Assembly (NCBI GenBank): GCA_000092065.1
Contig: CP000582.1
Source of the DNA: Ostreococcus lucimarinus
Lineage: Eukaryota
Length of the DNA stretch: 64,000 nt
Direction: 5' to 3' (one strand)
Shown here one piece after another: positions 32,468 through 43,759 of this stretch. The notes under the pieces were generated by a model that worked only from the letters and a program-made list of their open reading frames with translations, did no database searches and was not told where the DNA came from. The number at the start of each line of letters is the position of its first letter. Within the stretch, counting starts at the first letter, position 1. A program made the translations under genes and the position numbers.

Positions 32468-33445
32468 ATGCCGACGACGATGATGCCTCGAGCGTCCGCG
32501 CGCGTCGCGGCGTCGCGCGATGCCGACGGCGCGTCGCGCAAGACGTGCGTCGTGACGGGCGCGAACACCGGGATCGGGCTCGCGACGGTGCGCGCGCTGC
32601 GGGCGTCGAACGAGTACTCGAAGATTACGCTCGCGTGTCGAGACGCGAGCAAGGCGCGACGCGCGATCGACGCGCTCGCGCGCGACGGCGCGGCGTCGAC
32701 GTGCGCGCTGGTGTTTCGAGAGCTCGATCTGGCGAGCGTCGCCAGCGCGCGGGACTTCGCGGCGTCGTACCTGGACGACGAGGGCGACGACGGGTTGGAT
32801 TGCCTGGTGAATAACGCGGGCGTCATGGCGGTGCCGAAACTCGAGCGCACGCGCGATGGATTTGAATTGCAAGTCGGCGTGAATCACTTGGGACATCACG
32901 CGCTCACGGCGGGGCTGATGCCGGCGCTGGCGAAGAGCGAGGACGCGCGGGTGATTTGCGTGTCGAGCGAGGCGCACAGAATCGCGGGGAAAGGCTTGGC
33001 GCGGGAGGATTTGTTCGGGGAGAAGAATTACAGCGCGTGGGGACAGTACGGACAGTCGAAGCTCGCGAACGTGTTGTTTGCGTTCGAGCTCGCGCGAAGG
33101 TGCGAAAGGGCGGGACTCGGGAACGTCACGGCGTCGGCGTTGCACCCGGGCGCCGTCGACAGCGAGTTGGGTCGATATCTCCAACCGCCGGATGAAGAAA
33201 TCAAGTGGTGGCAGACGAAGCTGTACGATTTCATCAGATTGAATTTTTTGAAGACGACGGAACAAGGCGCGGCGACGAGCGTGTTTTTGGCTCGAGAGAT
33301 CGCGCGGGGAGAGGCGCGGGGGAAGTACTACAGCGACTGCGCGGAGAAGACGCCGGCGAAGAACTGCTTGGACGTGGACGACGCTCGTTGGTTGTGGGAT
33401 CGCTCCGCCGAGCTCACGGGCGTGGGTTTCGATTCGCTGCTTTGA
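32468..33445 (+). CDS. Short-chain dehydrogenase, retinol-dehydrogenase / WWOX / POR-like (RDH11-14 family)
   Basis: KTCVVTGANTGIGLATVRAL; NNAGVMAVP; catalytic YGQSKLANVLF; ends ...CLDVDDARWLWDRSAELTG. Confidence 0.75.
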   Translation: MPTTMMPRASARVAASRDADGASRKTCVVTGANTGIGLATVRALRASNEYSKITLACRDASKARRAIDALARDGAASTCALVFRELDLASVASARDFAASYLDDEGDDGLDCLVNNAGVMAVPKLERTRDGFELQVGVNHLGHHALTAGLMPALAKSEDARVICVSSEAHRIAGKGLAREDLFGEKNYSAWGQYGQSKLANVLFAFELARRCERAGLGNVTASALHPGAVDSELGRYLQPPDEEIKWWQTKLYDFIRLNFLKTTEQGAATSVFLAREIARGEARGKYYSDCAEKTPAKNCLDVDDARWLWDRSAELTGVGFDSLL

Positions 33446-33510
33446 TGCTACTAATGTAATTCATTCATTTCAATTGTGCTGCGCTATTTAGGGGGGGGGC
33501 TTGCGCTAAA

Positions 33511-36500
33511 TCAATCGCTCAATTCGTCCGCCGGAACGAAAGACGCCGGCGCCTTCTTCGCCTCGGCGACGTGTCGGTTCCGTTCCTGCTTCCTCTGTTG
33601 CGCTCGACCAGCGACCGGCGATCGGCGCGCGACATGCTTTGCCGCAGGCGATGGTTTGCGAAGTGGTGATGGTTCATCGTCTAACATCGCCAACTCGTCG
33701 ACGACGCGTTTCGCGAGCGCTTCAGATTTCGCCTTGCGACGGGGATCGTTCTTCGTCTGAATAACGACGCCGGGGTGACGAACAATCGGATGCGCGCGAC
33801 CATCGCCACCGCGCGATGATGTCGCCGACACGGGAACTGCGGTAAAGACTTCATCATACGGCGCTTGCTTTACGTGCTCCACGAACACGTTTCGCGTTTT
33901 GGCGTTCTCGATTAAATCCAGCCACACGGCCTCGCGTTTGAGCACCTCGGCGTAACCCACGATCCACGTCGAATATCGACCCCGCGTGAGCGCCACGTTT
34001 AATCGTCGCTCGTCTCTGAGAAAGCCGATATCCGTATTCGGCGGATCGGGGGCGACTTTGTCGCCTTCGGGGTACGCGCGAACGCACGAGATGATCACGG
34101 CGTCGAACTCTTGTCCTTGCACTTGATCAACGGTACCGTACGTCACATGCGCCCACGTCCGAAGCGCGCCATCTTTCTTCAACAATGGCTCCACGAAATC
34201 GCGCAAACGTCGCACTTGATCCAAGTAGGGCGTGATGATGCCAACCTTCACTTCACTCTTGTGGAGTTGCGCCGAGACGGCTATTTTCTTGTAACAATAC
34301 GACGCGAACTCTGCCTCGGCGGAATTGGAGAAGGAGCGCGCGCCAGTCTCGTAGCGATCTTGGTTCATTTGACCCTTAACGTTGAAGAACTGATACGGAC
34401 CGCAGTTAGAGAAGGAGTGCCACGGCGCGACGCGATCTTCGTAAAGAGCGCCGGCGCCGCTGCGCAGTAAACCTCTGTAAAAGCGTTCACTCGGAAACTT
34501 GACGATGTCTGGATGCATGCGATATTGATCCCGAAGCGTAAAAGTGGGTACACCACAGTCAGACAGACGTTCAAAAAGACTATATCCGTAATAGGCTCGC
34601 TGCGCTGATCTGGAGATGACAGTCGGTGCGAGCTGCTGCGAATCTCCGACCATGATTATGACGCCGTCGGGCTTGATCCACTGCAACGGAATCAGCGCCG
34701 CCGGCTCGACAGCTTGCGACGCCTCATCGATGATGACGACGTCAAAAGGTTGAACTGAGCAATACGGTCGCGAGTCAGCAGCGCGCGGTGCTGCGTTTGA
34801 CGGCTTTTTAACCAGTTGTGCCATGGAAGATAGCGTCCCGCACACGACATTTGAACGGTCGATGACGCGCTCAAAAGGCGTCGACACGACAACGCTGCCT
34901 TCAATTCTTCCCTCTTCGGCGAGTTTCGCCTTCAATTTCGCGTGCGCCGCGTCTTGGATCGCGAACAATTGAGCCTTCTTTGCTTCCAGATCGACTAGTG
35001 CCTGACTATACACCGGGACACTATCCTTAAAAGACTTTTGACGATTTCGCAATCGCGTGACTTCGAGTCGAATCTGCGCCTCGACTTTAGTTCTCTCCGC
35101 TTTCGCATCTCGAACCTTGCTCTCGTAATACGCTGCGTTTTGAGCGTACGTGTTGTTTTCGCGACCTTCTACGTCGACACCGTATTCTTTGAGCTTCGTG
35201 CGCACGTGACATCTCTCCGAAGCTGAACCAGACTTGATTTTTTCATCCGTACCGATTCGAGTGACGTCGACGCCTCGAAGGCATTTTCGTACTTCCGCGT
35301 GCACCGAAGATCCATCAACGAGCCGATCAACGATATGATCAATCGCGGCATTCGTTTGCGCCGTACATATAATTCTCTTCCGCACGGGATGACCATATTG
35401 GTCGACGCCGTTCAAAAGCGCCGCTATCAAGCTCACAATGACGTGCGTCTTCCCAGTTCCCGGTGGTCCTTGAATCAGCACCGGCAAGTCACGACTAGAT
35501 GCGTGCTCATGCGCGCAAGCACCGAGCACGGCTTGGCGCTGCATTGGATTTAGCGATGACTCAACCGCACTTAAAGCCGGCGCAGCGATGTACTGATCGG
35601 CATCGTCGAGGGTGTCGAACAACGACGAGAGCTGCAAAACTTTGTTGTTAATTCTCGATAGAAAATGCTCGCTCACGTCGAGCGCTTGCAGCTCTCGAAG
35701 CGTCGTCGCGAGCTCGAACACTCGCGTCACCTTAAGGCGAGTTTTCATGGTGTGAAGCTTGCGCGACATTGACGTTATACGCACGCCGGAGTTCGGGGCA
35801 AAGTGCATTCTGATAACGACAGTTTCGTTCGACGCATCCTTTTTCGCCGATTCCACCCAACCAAACACGTAGTGCGTCGCCCGTTCCTTCACGGGGCTCA
35901 ACGGGTCATCGTCCTCAAGAAGATCCATGTTTCGCTGTTCGAATGCGTACGAAATGGTTTCAATCATCACCAGATCGTCCGTTTTGAATACCGAACGAGC
36001 ATTGTCAGAGTTGGCTTGTGACGCGAGCGGCTTTGACAGCTCAAACGTTTCAAACACACTCGTCGAATTGGCTACGTCTTCTTGCCGAAGCTTTGACACG
36101 GTGAAGTCATCGCTGTAGAGTCGATCGCAGGTCTGGAGCGCACGATCTACGTTCGCGCGCAACTCGGCGAGAATGAGCGGAATGAAATGCTCTCTGTACT
36201 CGTGAGCGTTCGCGAACGACCTCGGCGGACTTTCGCGGCTTAAGCGACTGTCCTTCTCGTGTAGCGTCACATCCCCATGCCGCGCCTGCACCGTATCACT
36301 TTTGAACTGCTCTTTATTGAGGCACAGAATGCTTCGGATGAGCGTCTCTACGCGATATGGAGAGCGGCGCGAGCTTGATGGCTTGAACTGGCGGCTGACA
36401 TTGGAGACTGGCACAAGAGCCGGCGCACGCTCGGCACTGCTGACGGCGGGTAGGACAGTCATGTGCTTCTTCACTCTCGTCAGTGATGCATTAGATGTTG

Positions 36501-39500
36501 ACACTCGCTGCTTTGACTTCTTCGAGGTCGCTGAAGGTGGTGGCATCTCCATCACTGCAGTCGTCGTTTCTTTGCTGATTCGCCTCTGTTGCTGATTTAT
36601 CGCGTGATAATCCTTCGCTTTGGCAACCTGATAGCCCGACGTCGTCGTACTCACCCGTCCACGTGTAACGGCGGTTTCCGATAATTCTATCGACGCCACG
36701 GTTTTCCTGCGATCCAAGTTGTACGTTTTCGTGGTAGGTTCGCGCTTGCGCATTTTGAACGCCGACGACTTTGCCGCGTCACCCTTCGTCGACGACGGTG
36801 AGACATCCTCGTTGGATTTGCGCTTCACCGATGCGAATAGCTCCTTGGTAGCTTTGCGTTTGGGCCGCGTTTTCTTTTGGTCCGTCGGCCGCAACCATTG
36901 GGGGTCATTCGACGTCGGCTCGTCGTCCTCTTCATAGGGAGTAACTCCGAATTCTTCGTCTGAATCCAGCGCCGGGACCGCCGCGCTGATGCGATACGGC
37001 GATGAAGTCTCGGGAAGTGGTTCATCGATCACCACGACGTCTCCGATATTTTCTTTCTCTCCCTCGATGAATAGCGAAACCATCGAAAAGACACTCTTAA
37101 GCTTTTCTTTGATATTGTCGCTTAGTGCGGCGTCGCCGCGCATGCTCAATAGCTCGCGAACACGCTGGCGCCAATCACTCTCGTCTCGAATGCTCACGCC
37201 CGGTGAAGAGGGCTCATCTGAAACTTCAGTCTTGAACAATCCAATGCAATCCAGCCAAGCATCTGCGATCCCCTCCTCCGCTGACCCTATAAAGCTCGCG
37301 GGCTCCCAAGCGAGAAGATTCCTCAGAATGTTCGCCGGCTGCCTGTTGAAGATGTGCTCTTGCTCGCGTGCTTTGATCAATTTCCAGTACATCGTGAGCA
37401 TGCTCAACATACTGTAAAGAATGTCATCATCGGCAGCCAAGGCGCGTCGCGGCGCGTGCTGCGTGATCGTTTCGAACACACCGATTGAGGAAATCAACAC
37501 CTTGGTCACGTTCTCGCTAAACGTCCGCAAGCGCGCCTTGTCATCTTTATCGATCGCCTTCACGAGATGATGTGTCTGTACAATCGGCGCGCTCGCGGCC
37601 TTAAGTAGCTCGCTCACGTCTTCAGACGTTTCTGAAGGCATCCGTTTCACGTCTTTCAGTGCGCAGTGCGTCGCACCGAGCACCGCTTTGGGAATGTCCG
37701 TGTGCTCGTCGTCGAGAAACATCTTCTTGTAGCAGTTCTCTCTGTTATCTTCTGCGTAATGCTTCTTCAAAACTTCACCCGCAGCCGCTACCAGCGACGT
37801 GCGTTGTGACATCATGCACATTACCGCACCCTCGGTACACTTTGGAGTGTATTCGGAACGGTCAAGCGGCCTCTTGCTCGATTGGCTCTCCGGGCAGTCG
37901 AGTAACGATTTGAAAAACCATTCCCCACACTTGCCAAGAAACTTTCGCAAGCTATTCGCGTTCTCTTGGTTTTCCGGCACGATCTCAACATACGGAAAGA
38001 TACCACGCATCGCATCGTTTTCACTCTCGTCGTCATTCCGCGCGAATGGCGCGATGAGTCCCATGGCGTACATGACTGCGCTCACATATCGCGGTCTGAG
38101 GACGCCCGCGTGCATACTGTTGATCGCGGACATACTATCGAAACCTAAGGCGTACTTCCACATGCTCGTGTTGATTTTCCACCTCTTTTTCTGTCGAATC
38201 GTGTTCAAAATTTTCAAGTGCAACTCGCCCAACGGGGTCTCGCCTCTGATGCGCTTCTCTCGAGCCCATCTCTCCGGTTCGAAGGCAAAAAACGCCGGAT
38301 CAGCGAGCGCGCTCAAAGCGATGGCGTCGGCGCAAATGACGTATCCAATCGTGTCCACGAGACTACCACCTAATGCGTTTCGGGCTTTCGTCGCCTCTCG
38401 AGAAAGATCCCGGTCTGTGGCGACGCTCTTGGTCCAATCCATACCAACCGTACTGAACCAGTCGCCCAAAGTCAACACAGCATCGTCCACGCCGATTTCA
38501 GAGTACTGCTCCTCGACCGCTCTGCACGCGGCAAGGCGGCTGGCCCACTGTACTTCGGCGCTGAATGTCGCTTTTGAATGCGGGATATCTGCAGCGAGTA
38601 TGTTCATAACCTGCCTCGCCTGTACCGCGTCGCCCGTTGGAAGGAGAAGGTAGACGTACTTTAACGCAGTCAACGCGCAAATCTGTTCCGCCTTTCTATC
38701 TTTAGGCAGATTCAGCGCCGCTTGAAACAAATCTTCAATCAAATCCGCGCGATCAACGCCGACGCGTTCCCAAAACGATTTCGCCGCCTTCGGTCCACGA
38801 GGTAAAGCCTTGAGAATCACTTGGATGACTTCGCACGCGTTGCTCGAGAGCGCGCGCGCGCCTTTTTCGTTTGATCGTTTCATGGCGCATGCCGCCAAAC
38901 GGAAGACGATGGGATGCGTCGTGAACACCTCGCGCACTATTTGGCTATCGCTTCGCTCTAACGTATACGCCAGCGCAAACCATAGCCGTGCCTCCACCGG
39001 GACGAATGGCTCGTGATCCTTGGGCACGTCGTCGCGAATCTCCTCGCACAATGTGCGCCTCGCCGATTCTCTCTCCACCTGAGCTCGGGCTAAACACTCG
39101 ATCCAAAACGCCAACACCTCGTCCACAACGTCCCTGAGCGCGTTATCGCTCGTCAACGCTCGCATGCGCGTCTGTGGTAACCCCGTATCTGCATCCATCA
39201 CCGGCTCGCCGTTTTCATCCGTCTCGGGCTCCGACAACAACTCCTTAACCGACTGTCTCGTCTTGCTGTCATCGATCGCGAGCAGCGCAAACAGTCCCGG
39301 AAACGACCCACACGGTCGCTCCCGTATCTCTCGCATCAAAGAATTCGCCCACTCATCCCCACCCGCCTTCGCCTTCTCGCAAGTCTCCGCGAACGCCCGC
39401 GCCGCCGCCTCGTAAATCGCCCGTCCTCTCGCCGGCGCCGGCGCCGTCAAAATCTCCCTCAACGCGTTCCCTCTCGCGCACTCCCTCAAAAATTCCGTCT

Positions 39501-39909
39501 CTATCCGATCACTCGTTCCTTCGCAATCAAATCCTCGCTCAACGCGTTCAAAATCAAACCTCAACCGTTCGTTCTGAGTCGCCTCTTCGTCTCCCGTCGA
39601 CTCGACGCCGCCTCGCGCGTCTCGCGCGTCTCGCCGCAGCTCCAAAAACCCATCCAGGCACCGCTCGCACGTCGACGTGCAGTTCACGCTCACGACGCGC
39701 GCGTTCTGTCCCTCATCGACGCGTCCGCGTCGCGTCGCGCGATCGACGCGGCGTTTCGCGACGTCGAGATCGCGCGCGTTCGCCACGAGCGTCGCGTCGT
39801 TCGCGAGTTCGCGCTCGAGGGCGTCGTACGCGATGCGCGCGACGTCGGCGTCGCCGCAGTACGCGTGCGTGCGCTCGACGTCGGTGAGCTCTTCGAACAG
39901 GCGCGGCAT
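33511..39909 (-). CDS. SEN1/senataxin-like superfamily-1 RNA/DNA helicase (Upf1-like helicase core at C-terminus)
   Basis: 2133-aa single exon; C-terminal helicase motifs LIQGPPGTGKTHV (Walker A), VVIIDEASQ (DEAS box), NVALTRGRYSTWIVG; long helical N-terminal region as in Sen1. ATG at 39909 (MPRLFEEL). Confidence 0.8.
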   Translation of the reverse strand: MPRLFEELTDVERTHAYCGDADVARIAYDALERELANDATLVANARDLDVAKRRVDRATRRGRVDEGQNARVVSVNCTSTCERCLDGFLELRRDARDARGGVESTGDEEATQNERLRFDFERVERGFDCEGTSDRIETEFLRECARGNALREILTAPAPARGRAIYEAAARAFAETCEKAKAGGDEWANSLMREIRERPCGSFPGLFALLAIDDSKTRQSVKELLSEPETDENGEPVMDADTGLPQTRMRALTSDNALRDVVDEVLAFWIECLARAQVERESARRTLCEEIRDDVPKDHEPFVPVEARLWFALAYTLERSDSQIVREVFTTHPIVFRLAACAMKRSNEKGARALSSNACEVIQVILKALPRGPKAAKSFWERVGVDRADLIEDLFQAALNLPKDRKAEQICALTALKYVYLLLPTGDAVQARQVMNILAADIPHSKATFSAEVQWASRLAACRAVEEQYSEIGVDDAVLTLGDWFSTVGMDWTKSVATDRDLSREATKARNALGGSLVDTIGYVICADAIALSALADPAFFAFEPERWAREKRIRGETPLGELHLKILNTIRQKKRWKINTSMWKYALGFDSMSAINSMHAGVLRPRYVSAVMYAMGLIAPFARNDDESENDAMRGIFPYVEIVPENQENANSLRKFLGKCGEWFFKSLLDCPESQSSKRPLDRSEYTPKCTEGAVMCMMSQRTSLVAAAGEVLKKHYAEDNRENCYKKMFLDDEHTDIPKAVLGATHCALKDVKRMPSETSEDVSELLKAASAPIVQTHHLVKAIDKDDKARLRTFSENVTKVLISSIGVFETITQHAPRRALAADDDILYSMLSMLTMYWKLIKAREQEHIFNRQPANILRNLLAWEPASFIGSAEEGIADAWLDCIGLFKTEVSDEPSSPGVSIRDESDWRQRVRELLSMRGDAALSDNIKEKLKSVFSMVSLFIEGEKENIGDVVVIDEPLPETSSPYRISAAVPALDSDEEFGVTPYEEDDEPTSNDPQWLRPTDQKKTRPKRKATKELFASVKRKSNEDVSPSSTKGDAAKSSAFKMRKREPTTKTYNLDRRKTVASIELSETAVTRGRVSTTTSGYQVAKAKDYHAINQQQRRISKETTTAVMEMPPPSATSKKSKQRVSTSNASLTRVKKHMTVLPAVSSAERAPALVPVSNVSRQFKPSSSRRSPYRVETLIRSILCLNKEQFKSDTVQARHGDVTLHEKDSRLSRESPPRSFANAHEYREHFIPLILAELRANVDRALQTCDRLYSDDFTVSKLRQEDVANSTSVFETFELSKPLASQANSDNARSVFKTDDLVMIETISYAFEQRNMDLLEDDDPLSPVKERATHYVFGWVESAKKDASNETVVIRMHFAPNSGVRITSMSRKLHTMKTRLKVTRVFELATTLRELQALDVSEHFLSRINNKVLQLSSLFDTLDDADQYIAAPALSAVESSLNPMQRQAVLGACAHEHASSRDLPVLIQGPPGTGKTHVIVSLIAALLNGVDQYGHPVRKRIICTAQTNAAIDHIVDRLVDGSSVHAEVRKCLRGVDVTRIGTDEKIKSGSASERCHVRTKLKEYGVDVEGRENNTYAQNAAYYESKVRDAKAERTKVEAQIRLEVTRLRNRQKSFKDSVPVYSQALVDLEAKKAQLFAIQDAAHAKLKAKLAEEGRIEGSVVVSTPFERVIDRSNVVCGTLSSMAQLVKKPSNAAPRAADSRPYCSVQPFDVVIIDEASQAVEPAALIPLQWIKPDGVIIMVGDSQQLAPTVISRSAQRAYYGYSLFERLSDCGVPTFTLRDQYRMHPDIVKFPSERFYRGLLRSGAGALYEDRVAPWHSFSNCGPYQFFNVKGQMNQDRYETGARSFSNSAEAEFASYCYKKIAVSAQLHKSEVKVGIITPYLDQVRRLRDFVEPLLKKDGALRTWAHVTYGTVDQVQGQEFDAVIISCVRAYPEGDKVAPDPPNTDIGFLRDERRLNVALTRGRYSTWIVGYAEVLKREAVWLDLIENAKTRNVFVEHVKQAPYDEVFTAVPVSATSSRGGDGRAHPIVRHPGVVIQTKNDPRRKAKSEALAKRVVDELAMLDDEPSPLRKPSPAAKHVARRSPVAGRAQQRKQERNRHVAEAKKAPASFVPADELSD

Positions 39910-40004
39910 CGCGCGCGCGCGCGCGCGCCACTGGCGACGGGCGTCCGTCGATCGTCGTCGCGACCACCGGTCGCACTTTAAGCCTCGCCTCAACCGCCGT
40001 CGAC

Positions 40005-41240
40005 ATGCGAGTCTCGGTGCACGTCGCCGAACTCGACCTCATCGTCAACGTCGACGTCTCTCCGGACTGTACGGTCGCAGACCTCAAAGCTGCCGTCGCC
40101 TGTGAGTTCCCAGACGGCGATCCGCGCGATATAACGCGCGCCAAAGTTTTGAAAGATGCCAAGCAGATTCCAGATGCGTCAAGTTTACGCGACGCCGGCG
40201 TCGTGCAGGACGACCTGTTGATCGTGTCGCTGGGTGCATCCGGTGGGGAAAGCATCGCGTCGGCGGACGCGCGCGCGCTTGCGGCGGATGGTAGCGCAGT
40301 GGACGCGCAGGCGATGATGGAGAGTTTTCGCGGCAACGCCGGCACGCTCGAGGCGTTGCGTCGGCAGGGAGGAAGCGAACTCGTCGATTGCATCGAAGCG
40401 AACGACGTGGAGGGGTTTCAGAGAATGATGCGGGAGATGCGGAAACGGATGTTAGCGGCGAGGGAACAGGAGGCGGAGGAGATGGCGTTGATGACGAGCG
40501 ACCCGTTCGACGTCGAGGCGCAGCGGAAGATTGAGGAACGCATCCGACAAGAACAGGTGTTAGGCAATTTTGCGACCGCGATGGAGGAAACGCCCGAGGC
40601 ATTCGCTCAGGTGGTGATGCTATACGTCGATCTGGAGGTGAATGGAGTGGCGCTGAAGGCGTTTGTCGATAGTGGGGCGCAGATGTCGATCATGTCGGTG
40701 ACGTGCGCGCGACAGTGCGGACTGGAAAGGCTCATCGACAAGCGGTTTAGCGGCATCGCGAAAGGCGTGGGGACGCAGAACATCATTGGACGCGTGCACC
40801 AGGCACCGATGAAGGTGGGTGAACACTTCTTGCCGTGCGCGATTACGGTTTTGGAGAAGGAACAAGACATGGACTTCATCTTTGGTTTAGACATGCTGCG
40901 CAGACACGCGTGCTCCATCGACTTGAGGAAGAACGCCCTCGTTATCGGCTCGGTCGACGTGGAGTTGCCGTTTTTGAGCGAGAGCGAAATTGGAAAGACA
41001 GCACAGGAAGCGTTTCAAGGCAAAGCGCCCGAGGCGGCGATCCCGACCCCCTCGGCGGCGGTCCCGACCCCCTCGCCGGCGGTCCCGACGCCCTCGACGA
41101 CGCCTTCGTCTTCGTCGGCGCACGACGAAGAAAAAATTGCTCGATTAACCGCGCTCGGCTTTTCTCGGCAGCAAGTTATCGACGCCTTGAACGCGACGAG
41201 TGGTAACGAAGAGTTTGCGGGTGCGCTATTGTTCGGTTAA
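40005..41240 (+). CDS. DDI1: DNA-damage-inducible protein 1 (ubiquitin-like domain plus retropepsin-like aspartyl protease plus UBA)
   Basis: N-terminal UBL (MRVSVHVAELDLIVNVDVS...); protease core MLYVDLEVNGVALKAFVDSGAQMSIMS with the D-S/T-G-A active site; C-terminal UBA EEKIARLTALGFSRQQVIDALNATSGNEEFAGALLF. Confidence 0.85.
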   Translation: MRVSVHVAELDLIVNVDVSPDCTVADLKAAVACEFPDGDPRDITRAKVLKDAKQIPDASSLRDAGVVQDDLLIVSLGASGGESIASADARALAADGSAVDAQAMMESFRGNAGTLEALRRQGGSELVDCIEANDVEGFQRMMREMRKRMLAAREQEAEEMALMTSDPFDVEAQRKIEERIRQEQVLGNFATAMEETPEAFAQVVMLYVDLEVNGVALKAFVDSGAQMSIMSVTCARQCGLERLIDKRFSGIAKGVGTQNIIGRVHQAPMKVGEHFLPCAITVLEKEQDMDFIFGLDMLRRHACSIDLRKNALVIGSVDVELPFLSESEIGKTAQEAFQGKAPEAAIPTPSAAVPTPSPAVPTPSTTPSSSSAHDEEKIARLTALGFSRQQVIDALNATSGNEEFAGALLFG

Positions 41241-41336
41241 ACGCTGTTGTCATGAATGAAACGATCTTGTATGCGACTAAAGCGAGGTGTGAATTGTTCG
41301 GGTAAATGCTGTTGTACGACTAAAGCGAAGCGTGAA
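41227..41336. repeat. Imperfect direct repeat (about 66 plus 44 bp) in shared 3' UTR region between DDI1 and PFL
   Basis: attgttcggttaaacgctgttgt...gactaaagcgaggtgtga followed by attgttcgggtaaatgctgttgtacgactaaagcgaagcgtgaa. Confidence 0.6.
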
Positions 41337-43707
41337 AAGTACGAGCGATGACTTCCTCTTGATGTGCTCGCGAGAGTTTGATGAAATTCACCGCATACCC
41401 GCTCACGCGAATGGTGAGGGTGGGATAGTTGTCTGGATGCGCCATGGCGTCTAACAGTACCGATCTATCGATACAGTTAACGTTCAAATGTTGAGCGCCG
41501 TGTGAGAAGTAGCCATCCAGCAACGCAGTCAAGTTCGAGACTCGAGTCCCGTCCGTCTTGCCGAGCGATGGCGCGGTGATGGAGAACGTGTTGCTGATGC
41601 CATCCATGCAACTCGCGTACGGGATCTTTGCCACAGAATTGAGTGAATTCAAAGCACCCGTCTTGTCGCGATTGTGCATCGGATTCGCGCCCGGCGCGAA
41701 CGGTTCACCGAGTTTTCGCAAATCCGGCGTCGCGCCAGTATGTTTCCCGTACATGACGTTGGACGTAATCGTCAGAATCGAAAGCGTGTGCTCGGATCCT
41801 CTATACGCTGGCGTCTTTCGTAAACTCGAGATGAACGTTTCCACAACACTGGCGGCGATGGTGTCAACCTCATCGTCGTCGTTGCCAAACGCGGGCCAAT
41901 CGCCATCGACCTCGAACCGAGTGGATAATCCCGACTTTTCGTCGCGAATCATCTTGACTTTTGCGTGCTTGATGGCGCTGAGAGAGTCGGCCACAACGCT
42001 CAACCCAGCGATGCCGAACGCCATCATCCGCTTGCAATCGGTGTCCATGAGCGCGAAAAACAAGGCCTCGTAGTTGAATCGATCATGCGAGTAGTGGATG
42101 CAGTTCATCGTCTCCACGTAAAGCTTGGCGAGCCAGTCCATGTACGCCGTAAAACGCTTCATCACGTCATCGTATTGTAAAACACCTTCAGGAACTTCGT
42201 CGTCGAAAAGCGCGGGCGCGACGCGGGCGCCGGTGATTTCGTCGCGACCGCCGTTCAGCGCGTAGAGAAGAAGCTTGGGTAGATTGCATCGCGCGCCGAA
42301 ATATTGCATGGTATGCCCCAACTGCATTCCCGACACGCAACAACTGATACCGACGTCGCTCGATTGAAACTTTTCCCGCAGTAAGTCGTCGGAGATGAAC
42401 TGAATTGAGCTCGACTCGATGCTGATCGCCGCCGCGAATTCTTTAAACGGCTTCGGCAACGATTCGCTCCACAAAACCGTCATGTTTGGTTCCGGCGCCG
42501 CGCCCATGTTGCGTAGCGTTTGTAGAAACCTCCAAGAAGTCTTCGTCACCAACGTGTCGGTGCCGTTCATCTGCATGCCACCCACGCAACACGTGGCCCA
42601 GATGGGATCGCCGGCGAAAATGTCGTCGTACGCCTCCGGTCGAAGATGCCGAACGAGTCTCAGCTTGAGCACAAAATTGTCTATGAGTTCCTGCGCGCCC
42701 GATTCGTCGATGAAACCAGCCTTCATGTCGCGCTCGATGTACACATCAAAAAAAGCGTCGACTCGACCGAGAGAAATCGCCGCGCCGTCGTGTTCCTTCA
42801 CGCACGCGAGGTAGGCAAAGTACGTCCACTGAACCGCTTCTTTGCAATCGCGCGCGGCGGCGCCGATGTCGAAACCGTACATTTTTGCCATCGCCTTGAG
42901 CCGCTCCAACGCGCGAATTTGCTCCGACACCTCAAATCGTGCGCGCAAGTCCTCCTCGTCGCTCGTCGCGATGGCATCTTTGTCGATTTGCTTCTCCGCG
43001 ATCAACCGATCGACGCCGAACAGCGCCACGCGGCGATAATCCCCGATCAAGCGCCCTCGTCCGTACGCGTCCGGGAGCCCGAGCAAGAGATGCGCCTTCC
43101 TCGCCGATCGCATTTCATCCGTGTACAAGTCGAAAACCGCGTCGTTGTGCGTCGTGACCCAATCGTCAAAAAACTTCTTCGCGTCCTCCTTCATCGTCGC
43201 GCCGCGCTCGCCCAGCGCCTTCTCCACCACGCGCAACCCTCCCAACGGCTTCATCGTCCGCGTGAGCGCGCGCGTCGTCTGCAGCCCGACCACGACGTCG
43301 TCCACCTCCTTCGACAGCACGTACCCCGCGCCGTGCGACGTCGCTCGCGACGGCGTCTCCGCATCCACCGCCAGCGCCCCTCCCGCGCGTCGCTCCAGCT
43401 CGAGCAACCGCCGCGCCTCCGCCAGCAGTTCCAGCGTCTTTCCCGTCGGTTTCGCGAGCGTCGTCGCGCAGTCGTCCGCGCGCGGCGTTCCGCGCGCGCG
43501 CACGAACGCGTCCACCGCGTCCACCGCGAGCGTCATGTCGTCGTCGTCGTCGCGCTGTGCCGCGCGTCGTCTCGCGTCGTCTCGTCTTCTCTCGTCTCGG
43601 CTCGGCTCGGCTCGGCCGAGAACGTCGATTCGCATCCCGACCGAACCGTCGCGAGATTCGCGTCGACGGTCGACCGCGCGCCACCCCCCCCGGCGTTCGC
43701 GCGACAT
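41320..43707 (-). CDS. PFL: Pyruvate formate-lyase (glycyl-radical enzyme, formate C-acetyltransferase) with organellar presequence
   Basis: Colinear with PFL: ...[24 protein letters not shown]...; active-site Cys pair in [10 protein letters not shown]; C-terminal glycyl-radical motif [33 protein letters not shown]. Arg-rich N-terminus from the ATG at 43707. Confidence 0.9.
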   Translation of the reverse strand: MSRERRGGWRAVDRRRESRDGSVGMRIDVLGRAEPSRDERRRDDARRRAAQRDDDDDMTLAVDAVDAFVRARGTPRADDCATTLAKPTGKTLELLAEARRLLELERRAGGALAVDAETPSRATSHGAGYVLSKEVDDVVVGLQTTRALTRTMKPLGGLRVVEKALGERGATMKEDAKKFFDDWVTTHNDAVFDLYTDEMRSARKAHLLLGLPDAYGRGRLIGDYRRVALFGVDRLIAEKQIDKDAIATSDEEDLRARFEVSEQIRALERLKAMAKMYGFDIGAAARDCKEAVQWTYFAYLACVKEHDGAAISLGRVDAFFDVYIERDMKAGFIDESGAQELIDNFVLKLRLVRHLRPEAYDDIFAGDPIWATCCVGGMQMNGTDTLVTKTSWRFLQTLRNMGAAPEPNMTVLWSESLPKPFKEFAAAISIESSSIQFISDDLLREKFQSSDVGISCCVSGMQLGHTMQYFGARCNLPKLLLYALNGGRDEITGARVAPALFDDEVPEGVLQYDDVMKRFTAYMDWLAKLYVETMNCIHYSHDRFNYEALFFALMDTDCKRMMAFGIAGLSVVADSLSAIKHAKVKMIRDEKSGLSTRFEVDGDWPAFGNDDDEVDTIAASVVETFISSLRKTPAYRGSEHTLSILTITSNVMYGKHTGATPDLRKLGEPFAPGANPMHNRDKTGALNSLNSVAKIPYASCMDGISNTFSITAPSLGKTDGTRVSNLTALLDGYFSHGAQHLNVNCIDRSVLLDAMAHPDNYPTLTIRVSGYAVNFIKLSRAHQEEVIARTFHASL

Positions 43708-43759
43708 TCCGAGGCGACGCGCGCGAATCTCGACGGCCGCCGACGCGCGCGCGCGGGCG

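Noticed and set aside
31027-33265. 595-aa plus ORF and 320-aa minus ORF
   Set aside because: They are antisense to the SNARE and SDR genes and have no motifs.
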